Assembly (NCBI GenBank): GCA_965116875.1
Contig: OZ220733.1
Span: 4,576,001-4,640,000 of the forward strand
Source: Candidatus Latescibacterota bacterium
GTDB taxonomy: Bacteria; Latescibacterota; UBA2968; GCA-2709665
Direction of reading: 5' to 3'
Length of the DNA stretch: 64,000 bases
Shown here: positions 56,802-64,000 of the stretch, one piece after another
Position numbering within the stretch: position 1 is the stretch's first letter
Layout of the letters: the number at the start of each line of letters is the position of its first letter
The notes under the pieces: generated by a model
Database searches by the model: none
The model's input: the letters and a program-made list of their open reading frames with translations, nothing else
Told to the model about the DNA's origin: nothing
Made by a program: the position numbers and the translations under genes

Positions 56802-59669
56802 ATGAAGGACCTGCTGGGGGAGCTTGAACGGGAACTTTCGGGAGAGGTGCGATTCGACAAGGCCTCCCGGATACTGTACAGCACCGATGCGAGCATGTAT
56901 CAGATTGAACCGTTGGGGGTGGTTCTGCCCAGACATCGGCAGGACGTCCTGCGGGTCCTTCGGCTTGCCCGTGAATTCGGGGTGCCGGTATTGCCGCGCG
57001 GCGGGGGGACGGCGCTTGCGGGACAGTGCGTCGGCCCCGGCGTGATTATGGATCTGTCCAAATTCATGAACAATGTCCTGGAATTGAACGAGGAGGAGGG
57101 ATGGGTGCGTGTACAGCCCGGCGTGGTTCTGGACGAATTGAATTCGTTCCTGAAGCCATACGGTCTGCAATTCGCCCCGGACGTGGCCACGAGCAGCCGC
57201 GCGACGATCGGAGGAATGATCGGCAACAATTCGGCGGGGGCGCATTCGGTAATCTACGGGAAGACCATCGACCACGTGCTCGAACTCGAGGTGGCTCTCG
57301 CGGACGGTACGGAAACCCTGTTGACGGAATTGTCCGAAGCGGAAGTGATCGGGAAGGCTGCACAGACGGATCTCGAAGGCGGGGCGTACCGGGAGGTCCT
57401 GCGGCTTGCGCGGGTCCATCGGTCCGAAATCGATCGCCGGTACCCGAAGATCCTTCGTCGCGTGGGCGGCTACAATCTCGATGAGTTCACGAAACCGCAG
57501 CCGTTCAATATGTGCCGTATGGTCGTTGGATCCGAGGGCACCCTTGCCACCGTTCTGGAAGCCCGGCTGCGCGTGATCCCGCTTCCTCGCGCCAGGGTGT
57601 TGGGCGTCGTACAGTTCCAGGACCTCATCGAGTCTATGGCTGCCGTCGCGCCCATCCTCGAGACCGGTCCGGCGGCCGTGGAGCTGGTGGATCGCATGAT
57701 TCTTGAGCAGACCCGCGGGTCGATCGCGCTGTCCAGGCAGCGAGGCTGGGTTGAAGGAGATCCCCGGGCGGTACTGATCGTGGAATATTTCGGTGATTCC
57801 CTCGACGTGTTGACGCCGCGGCTTGACGCGCTTGAGGCCGCGATGTCGGAACATGGTCTGGGCTATGGCTTTCGGCGGGCCGTATCGGCCGGGGAACAGG
57901 CTGACGTATGGAACGTGCGTAAGTCAGGCCTGGGTTTGCTGATGGGCGTCAAGGGGGATACGAAGCCGGTGGCATTCGTCGAGGATTCCGCCGTGTCGCC
58001 GGAAAAGCTGCCGGATTATATCCGCGACTTCGAGCGAATCGTGCGAGAGTACGATACCACGGCCGGCTACTACGCGCATGCCAGCGTGGGCCTGCTCCAT
58101 ATCCGACCGATGGTGAACCTGAAGACCGCGGCGGGCGTGTCTAAAATGCGCGGGATCGCGGAGGCCGTACGGGAACTGGTGCTGAGATACGGCGGAGCGA
58201 TGAGTGGCGAGCACGGTGACGGTCTGGCACGAAGCTGCTGGAACGAGCGGGTATTCGGTTCCACGCTGTACAATGCGTTTCGGGAAATAAAGCACGCGTT
58301 CGACCCGCAGGGGTTGATGAATCCGGGGAAGATCGTGGACGCGCCCATGATGACGGAAAACCTGCGGTTCGGTCCCGCGTACAGGGCCCAGGAGCCGCGC
58401 ACCCACTTCGATTTCTCGGCAGACGGAGGATTCCATCGGGCGGTGGAGATGTGCAACGGCGTCGGTGCATGCAGGAAGAAGCTTCACGGGACGATGTGTC
58501 CTTCGTACATGGCGACGCTCGACGAGGCCGATTCAACCCGCGGAAGAGCAAACGCGCTCCGGGCCGCCATATCCGGCGGACTCGAGGGCGGCCTGGCCGA
58601 CGAGCGGGTCTACGAGATCCTGGATCTGTGCCTGGAATGCAAGGCGTGCAAGTCGGAATGTCCGTCAAACGTGGACATGGCCAAGATCAAGTATGAATTT
58701 CTCGCGCATTTCTACGGCAAGCACGGAAGACCGCTGCGGGAATGGTTGTTCGGCAATATCGAGACCTTGAACCGTGTCGGATGCGCCCTGGCGCCCCTGT
58801 CCAACTGGTTCGCCGGTACCGGGTTCGCGAGGGCGGGAATGCGTATCCTCGGCATCGCGCCGAAAAGGGGTCTGCCCCCATTCGCCCGGCAGACGTTCAC
58901 CGACTGGTTCGCCCGACGCGAGAAGCGGCCGCGTGAGCGCAAGGTGGTGCTTTTCAATGACACGTACCTCACGTTCAATGAACCGGACATCGGAATTTCG
59001 GCCACACGCTTTCTCGAGGCCGCGGGGTATGAAGTCATCCTTCCGGAGAAGCGGTGCTGCGGCCGGCCGCTCCTGTCCAGCGGCCTGATGGAACAGGTGA
59101 AGGAGAATCTGGCATTCAATACACGGCGCCTCCATGCGTACGTTGCGCAGGGGTACGATATCGTGGGCTTCGAACCCAGTTGCGTTTCCATGTTGACGGA
59201 CGACTACCCTGAACTCAACACGGATACCCGTGTCAGGGAGGTTTCCGAACGGTGCTATACGTTGGAATCCTATCTGAGCCTGCTGGCGGAACGCGGCGAG
59301 TTGCAGGTGGCCTTTTCGGACCTGAAGAAGGAGATACTCGTCCACGGACACTGCCATCAGAAGGCGCTCTGGGGTGTCGCTCCTTCTCTCGAGGTGTTGA
59401 ATCTACCGCCGGGATACTCTGCATCGGCCATCGATTCTGCCTGCTGCGGCATGGCCGGCGCATTTGGATATCAGGCGGAACACTACGACATTTCCCTGAA
59501 GATGGGCGAAGACCGGCTTCTGAAGGTCATCCGGCAGGCGGGGCCGGAGACGGAAATCGCTGCTGCCGGGCTGTCGTGCAGACAGCAGATTCACCATGCC
59601 ACGGGACGGACCGCGCGGCACCCGATTCAGATCCTGTGGGAAGCGGTCGCGACCAAGGAGGAAGTCTGA
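56802..59669 (+). CDS. FAD-binding and Fe-S cluster oxidoreductase (GlcD/GlcF-type fusion, YdiJ-like)
   Basis: PRGGGT.LAGQ, GSEGTL, SGEHGDG, CNGVGAC, CLECKACKSECP, CCG domains. Confidence 0.92.
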   Translation: MKDLLGELERELSGEVRFDKASRILYSTDASMYQIEPLGVVLPRHRQDVLRVLRLAREFGVPVLPRGGGTALAGQCVGPGVIMDLSKFMNNVLELNEEEGWVRVQPGVVLDELNSFLKPYGLQFAPDVATSSRATIGGMIGNNSAGAHSVIYGKTIDHVLELEVALADGTETLLTELSEAEVIGKAAQTDLEGGAYREVLRLARVHRSEIDRRYPKILRRVGGYNLDEFTKPQPFNMCRMVVGSEGTLATVLEARLRVIPLPRARVLGVVQFQDLIESMAAVAPILETGPAAVELVDRMILEQTRGSIALSRQRGWVEGDPRAVLIVEYFGDSLDVLTPRLDALEAAMSEHGLGYGFRRAVSAGEQADVWNVRKSGLGLLMGVKGDTKPVAFVEDSAVSPEKLPDYIRDFERIVREYDTTAGYYAHASVGLLHIRPMVNLKTAAGVSKMRGIAEAVRELVLRYGGAMSGEHGDGLARSCWNERVFGSTLYNAFREIKHAFDPQGLMNPGKIVDAPMMTENLRFGPAYRAQEPRTHFDFSADGGFHRAVEMCNGVGACRKKLHGTMCPSYMATLDEADSTRGRANALRAAISGGLEGGLADERVYEILDLCLECKACKSECPSNVDMAKIKYEFLAHFYGKHGRPLREWLFGNIETLNRVGCALAPLSNWFAGTGFARAGMRILGIAPKRGLPPFARQTFTDWFARREKRPRERKVVLFNDTYLTFNEPDIGISATRFLEAAGYEVILPEKRCCGRPLLSSGLMEQVKENLAFNTRRLHAYVAQGYDIVGFEPSCVSMLTDDYPELNTDTRVREVSERCYTLESYLSLLAERGELQVAFSDLKKEILVHGHCHQKALWGVAPSLEVLNLPPGYSASAIDSACCGMAGAFGYQAEHYDISLKMGEDRLLKVIRQAGPETEIAAAGLSCRQQIHHATGRTARHPIQILWEAVATKEEV

Positions 59670-59773
59670 GCTCACGCAGGCGAATCCACGTCCGGGAACC
59701 GTTCGCGCAACCAGAACCCTCTCCCGGTCCGGGATCCGGAATTGAGATACGATGGTAGAAAGCGGGGCCCGTA

Positions 59774-60286
59774 ATGAATCTATTGAAATACATCCGTGAG
59801 GTACCCGATTTTCCAAAACCGGGCATCCTCTTCAAAGATATAACGACCCTGTTGAAGGATCCCGCGGCACTCGACACCGCCGTTCAGCGGCTTGCGGACC
59901 CGTTCCGAGATAAGGGTGTGTCCGTTGTGGCCGGGATCGAGTCCCGGGGTTTCATTCTGGGCGCCGCCGTAGCCAGGGACCTGGGTGCGGGATTCGTACC
60001 GATCAGAAAAACCGGAAAGTTGCCCTCGAAGACGGCTTCGGCGAGCTACGTTCTGGAGTACGGCACGGACAGCATTGAAATCCATACCGACGCGGTCGCG
60101 CCCGGGCAGTGTGTGCTTCTACTCGATGACCTGCTGGCGACGGGCGGAACCATGGAGGCGGCTGTCAGTCTCGTTAAAGGACTGGGCGGTCAGATTCTCG
60201 GTATTTCCTTTCTGATCGAATTGACGGCATTGGACGGACGCTCGAAGCTGAAGGGGGAAAACGTGACGGCGCTGGTTTCGTGTTAG
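59774..60286 (+). CDS. apt: Adenine phosphoribosyltransferase
   Basis: PDFPKPGILFKDIT, ESRGF, LEYG, DDLLATGGT. Confidence 0.96.
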   Translation: MNLLKYIREVPDFPKPGILFKDITTLLKDPAALDTAVQRLADPFRDKGVSVVAGIESRGFILGAAVARDLGAGFVPIRKTGKLPSKTASASYVLEYGTDSIEIHTDAVAPGQCVLLLDDLLATGGTMEAAVSLVKGLGGQILGISFLIELTALDGRSKLKGENVTALVSC

Positions 60287-60299
60287 CAGAGTTTATTAT

Positions 60300-60372
60300 G
60301 CCCCTGTAGCTCAGAGGATAGAGTAGCGGATTCCTAATCCGTTGGTCGCAGGTTCGAGTCCTGCCAGGGGCA
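60300..60372 (+). tRNA. tRNA-Arg (CCT); CCA not encoded
   Basis: GCCCCTGTAGCTCAGAGGATAGAGTAGCGGATTCCTAATCCGTTGGTCGCAGGTTCGAGTCCTGCCAGGGGCA cloverleaf. Confidence 0.93.
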
Positions 60373-60555
60373 TTTTTTTTAGCCGATTCCAACGTGGCGG
60401 GGGAGCAATCGTGATTCGTCTGTTCGTAGCGGGCGAACTGTCAAAGATCTACGCTTACCGGAAAGCCGGGCTGACCGAATGTTTCCCCTGAGGTACGGGC
60501 TTGTGTTCGGAGGGCATCCGGCAGCGTGTCGGACGCGGGTATGAATGCCGATAGG

Positions 60556-61635
60556 ATGGAACGGGAAGTGCGTATTACGTCGGTCACGGCGACCCAGCCG
60601 ACATCGGCCGGAAGTCCGAACGACTGGCGGACTTCGATGGGTCAGATCGCCGTCAGCGTAGAGACGGAAGACGGGCTGACGGGCTATGGCGTCGGGGGCG
60701 GCGGTGCGGCGGGCATTCACGTTATTCAAACCGAACTGCGCCGGCTTCTGCTCGGCAGCGACGCCACGCGGGTCGAAGACCTCTGGGACGATATGTATCG
60801 GGCTACGCGTCCGTACGGCCGGAAGGGCATTGCGGTAATGGCGGTCAGCGGCGTGGATCTGGCATTGTGGGATCTGAGGGGAAAACGGGAAAGAAAACCG
60901 ATCACAGGGGTGCTGGCGGGCGACATCGTGTCGCCGACGGATGCGGTGCCGTGTTATATGACGGGATTCTCCGCCGAAGAAGTGATCCGGTCGGGTGCGA
61001 AGGGGTTCAGGGCGCTCAAGTTTCACGTGGGGCTGAAGCCGAACCGCAATATCGCGGACGTGGTTGTTCCCATTCGGCGAGCGAGGGAGGTCCTGGGGCC
61101 AGACGTTCGCCTGATGGCGGACGCGGCGATGAATCTGGACGTCGAAGCGGCGCTGCGGTTGATCGACGCATTGCAGGGGTGCAATCTTGACTGGCTCGAG
61201 GAACCCTTGCCGCCGGAGGATCTGGAAGGATACGGGAAGTTGCGCGACCGGAGCCCGATTCCAATCGCGGGCGGGGAACATGAATACACGGCGGACGCTT
61301 TCGAAGTTCTGATGAGGGATCGCCTGCACGCGATCGTACAACCGGACGTTACCTGGTGCGGCGGACTTACGGAGTTGCTGAAGATCTACAAGATGGGTGA
61401 GCGCCACGGAATCAGGGTCTGCCCGCACCGTGGAAGCGAAATATGGGCGCTCCACGCGATCGCGTCCATAGATCCCAATCCACTGGCCGAGTCGGGCAGA
61501 CCGTGGATCGACTGGGTGAACGGGCAGCCTGAAATCGCGGATGGAAGTGTCGCACCCGGCAGCGAACCCGGCTTCGGGGTGAGGCTTCCCATCCGTTTCA
61601 GGAACCAACCGGGTCGCGGTGGGCAAAAAGGTTGA
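60556..61635 (+). CDS. Mandelate racemase/muconate lactonizing enzyme family (sugar-acid dehydratase-like)
   Basis: SGVDLALWDL.GK, LMADA, WLEEP, GGEHE, QPD, PH; start uncertain (60526-60556). Confidence 0.9.
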   Translation: MEREVRITSVTATQPTSAGSPNDWRTSMGQIAVSVETEDGLTGYGVGGGGAAGIHVIQTELRRLLLGSDATRVEDLWDDMYRATRPYGRKGIAVMAVSGVDLALWDLRGKRERKPITGVLAGDIVSPTDAVPCYMTGFSAEEVIRSGAKGFRALKFHVGLKPNRNIADVVVPIRRAREVLGPDVRLMADAAMNLDVEAALRLIDALQGCNLDWLEEPLPPEDLEGYGKLRDRSPIPIAGGEHEYTADAFEVLMRDRLHAIVQPDVTWCGGLTELLKIYKMGERHGIRVCPHRGSEIWALHAIASIDPNPLAESGRPWIDWVNGQPEIADGSVAPGSEPGFGVRLPIRFRNQPGRGGQKG

Positions 61636-61660
61636 CATCAGTCCCGGAATGCCATACTAT
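61632..61660 (+). promoter_or_regulatory. Near-consensus sigma70 promoter
   Basis: TTGACA-17 nt-TACTAT. Confidence 0.7.
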
Positions 61661-61789
61661 TTGATCGAACGGCGGCCATTCGCTGAACCGTCGATCTTGC
61701 TCGACGGGTGTACAGTATCAGCTTGATTCGCTGTAAGAACGTCGCGTTTTGGTCTCCCCCGGATGCTATGAGAGATCGGGAGGAGTTGG

Positions 61790-62137
61790 ATGTCCCAACG
61801 ACCAGACGGATATCTTGAAGACGATCGGATATTGGCGCGTCTCGAGGACCCGGTCGATGCCGAGGCGTTTTCGAATCTTATGGAACACGCCCACCGGCAG
61901 GGCATGAGCGCTGCCGACTTTGTGCGTGAAGTGCCTGAGCGAACGTCGAGAAAGGCGATTCGACGTCTTTGTCTCAAGGACAGGAAGCAGACGTTGCGTG
62001 CGAGATTTTCCTCGGTTGCCAGGAACCTGTGGGGGCGCCCGGCGGAGGATCCGGAGACGGGTTATATTCAGTCACTTTATACAACACACGACCGGCCGCA
62101 GACACCGGGGCGGAACGGACAGAAACCCAAACGATGA
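61790..62137 (+). CDS. Hypothetical small protein (115 aa)
   Basis: SD GGAGGAG, upstream promoter, ATGA overlap with the next ORF. Confidence 0.6.
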   Translation: MSQRPDGYLEDDRILARLEDPVDAEAFSNLMEHAHRQGMSAADFVREVPERTSRKAIRRLCLKDRKQTLRARFSSVARNLWGRPAEDPETGYIQSLYTTHDRPQTPGRNGQKPKR

Positions 62138-62316
62138 TCCAGGATAACCGACAGGCGTTGAAGGTACACATTCACGAACTGGAAGAACTGGTCGAGTCGA
62201 TGCTTGTACACGCACGGTCCGGAAATCAGGAGGCCAGGGAACGCCTGGTTCATATTCATCGTGAGGTAATGAACAAACGGCATCGCCTCAAGGACCTGTA
62301 CAGGCAGGATGGCTGA
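62134..62316 (+). CDS. Hypothetical small helical protein (60 aa, MIQDNRQALK...)
   Basis: ATGA-coupled to the upstream ORF; two amphipathic helices. Confidence 0.55.
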   Translation: MIQDNRQALKVHIHELEELVESMLVHARSGNQEARERLVHIHREVMNKRHRLKDLYRQDG

Positions 62317-62403
62317 AGGTCGGGTAACCTCAAGCGGAATATGGCGGGCAGGCACCGGGAAATTCCCGTGAGCCGTGCCGCATGTTTCGCCTTTTTTTCA
62401 TTC

Positions 62404-62838
62404 ATGCGCAATGGAATCCGAATTCTCGCGGTAGACTACGGCCGGCGGCGTGTGGGGTTGGCGGTTTCCGACGAACTGGGATTGGCCGCGCGCGGACTGC
62501 CGACTGTACGGGAGGAATCACGACGTTCCGCCATCGATTCCGTGGCTCAGGTGGCCGCGGAAGTCGGGGCAGGGCAGCTTCTCGTGGGTCTGCCGCTCAA
62601 TATGGACGGCAGCAGGGGTCCCATGGCCGAAGCGGCCGAATCGTTCGCCGCCGCGTTGAATCGTACGACCGGCCTGCCTGTTCGCCTCTGGGATGAGCGG
62701 CTTACCACGGTTGCAGCGCGCCGCACGTTGCGCGAGACCGGTCTCAGGGAACGAAACAAAGAGGGAACTCTGGATCGAATGGCTGCGGTCTTACTCCTGA
62801 ACAACTACCTGCATGCGCAGGATTCGGCGGAACCCTGA
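62404..62838 (+). CDS. ruvX: Holliday junction resolvase-like / pre-16S rRNA nuclease RuvX (YqgF)
   Basis: ILAVDYGRRRVGLAVSD, VGLPLNMDG, WDERLTT, D.MAA..LL. Confidence 0.93.
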   Translation: MRNGIRILAVDYGRRRVGLAVSDELGLAARGLPTVREESRRSAIDSVAQVAAEVGAGQLLVGLPLNMDGSRGPMAEAAESFAAALNRTTGLPVRLWDERLTTVAARRTLRETGLRERNKEGTLDRMAAVLLLNNYLHAQDSAEP

Positions 62839-63929
62839 TGCGGCCCCGGGACAAACACAGCCTTGCGTCGAGCGAGTCGGATGGCCACCGGTCCAGGCAA
62901 CCGTACAGAACCGGGGCGACGATTGTTCGCTCCATATTCGCGCTCTTCGGCGTTGGCGTTGCAGGCCTGATGCTGGTGATTCTTACCTTGAACCGGCCCA
63001 CGGGATCCGGAGCAAAGGATGTGGTCATCCCGAAGGGAATGACGGTAATGCAGATCGGAGAGTTGCTGCACCGGGAAGGAGTAATCAGAAGTCCCCGGCT
63101 ACTGGTCCTGTTATCACTGTTCGACGGAACCAGCAGACGCCTCAAGGCCGGCATACATCGGTTCCCCGAAAACCTGAGTACGTGGGAAGTTCTCGAAAAC
63201 CTCGGCTTTTCGAGTGACGAGTTCCGGAGTGTGACCCTCCCTGAAGGTATGACCCTCGCCCGGACCCTCTCGCTCCTGGCGGCGGAACTGAATCTGGACA
63301 TCGAGAAAATGCGTCGACTCGCGTCCGATCCGGGTTATTGCCGCAGGTTGGGTGTCGCCGCGGAAAACCTTGAAGGGTACCTGTTTCCGGAAACATATCA
63401 GATTCCGCTGGCTATGGGCGAAGAGCAGGTTATCCGTTTGCTGGTACGGCATTTCTTCACGGTTTTTGACAGCAAAATGGCGGAACAAGCGCGTCAAATG
63501 GATCTTTCCGTGCATGAAGTCGTCACGCTTGCATCCATCATTGAAGGAGAAGCGCTGCTGGACAGGGAACGCGCGACGATCTCAGCGGTGTATCACAACC
63601 GGCTCAGGCAAGAAATGTACCTGCAGGCCGATCCCACGGTTCAATATGTCATCGAGAACGGACCCCGCAGGCTGTTTTACAGGGACTACAAGATCGACTC
63701 TCCCTACAACACCTATCGCCACCGCGGGCTGCCGCCGGGTCCGGTGATGAACCCGGGGGCCGCGTCGCTGAGGGCGGCGCTTTACCCTGCGGACGTCAAC
63801 TATCTCTATTTCGTGGCGAAGGGAGACGGGTCGCACGTGTTCAGCAGAACCGCAAGCGAACACAATGAAGCGAAGCGAAAGACCAGATTGGCCAGAAGAC
63901 GCAGCTGGCGGAGGTCGGGGACGCGTTGA
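62838..63929 (+). CDS. mltG: Endolytic transglycosylase MltG (YceG)
   Basis: LEGYLFPETY, LASIIEGE, LQADPTV, SPYNTY..GLPPGP, YLYFV. Confidence 0.94.
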   Translation: MRPRDKHSLASSESDGHRSRQPYRTGATIVRSIFALFGVGVAGLMLVILTLNRPTGSGAKDVVIPKGMTVMQIGELLHREGVIRSPRLLVLLSLFDGTSRRLKAGIHRFPENLSTWEVLENLGFSSDEFRSVTLPEGMTLARTLSLLAAELNLDIEKMRRLASDPGYCRRLGVAAENLEGYLFPETYQIPLAMGEEQVIRLLVRHFFTVFDSKMAEQARQMDLSVHEVVTLASIIEGEALLDRERATISAVYHNRLRQEMYLQADPTVQYVIENGPRRLFYRDYKIDSPYNTYRHRGLPPGPVMNPGAASLRAALYPADVNYLYFVAKGDGSHVFSRTASEHNEAKRKTRLARRRSWRRSGTR

Positions 63930-63946
63930 AAACGGATACCGGGAGA

Positions 63947-64000
63947 ATGCTCGCGATACTGGACAGTCTGAACGAACAGCAGCGGGAGGCGGTGTGCACT
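63947..64000 (+). CDS. Start of a UvrD/PcrA/Rep family helicase (truncated by the window edge)
   Basis: MLAILDSLNEQQREAV matches the Q-motif LNxxQxxAV; SD GGAG. Confidence 0.7.
   Translation, partial: MLAILDSLNEQQREAVCT

Overview
GC-rich bacterial chromosome segment. Gene content (dockerin-like DFADF tail, GIWSDG propeller repeats, FGE-sulfatase, PhyH, duplicated hydantoinases) suggests a Latescibacterota/Gemmatimonadota-like, possibly sponge-associated organism; this is inference only. Positions 1-8400 form an accessory region 3' of an initiator tRNA-Met. It holds an AT-rich SLATT-like 2TM gene coupled to an unannotated 48-aa proline-rich microprotein, a solitary type I-C CRISPR repeat fragment, a decayed group II intron 3' end, secreted repeat/FGE proteins and a nested stack of REP-like hairpins. 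The rest is mostly housekeeping and catabolic genes: a phoH-HDIG-ybeY-corC operon, a lipoprotein+LysM pair, hisS-aspS, an RNase HII-YraN fusion, a heterodimeric ABC exporter, SDRs, two hydantoinase/oxoprolinase A/B pairs, several oxidoreductases, rfbA, a GH88-like hydrolase, DUF547-arsS/arsC, apt and ruvX-mltG-(pcrA/uvrD), plus three tRNAs (fMet, Gly-GCC, Arg-CCT). Non-coding highlights are a ~90-nt element repeated upstream of two unrelated Cys-rich genes, a MITE family with 4-bp target duplications, and a structured leader before two orphan small genes. All product calls rest on motif recognition by eye; no searches were run.
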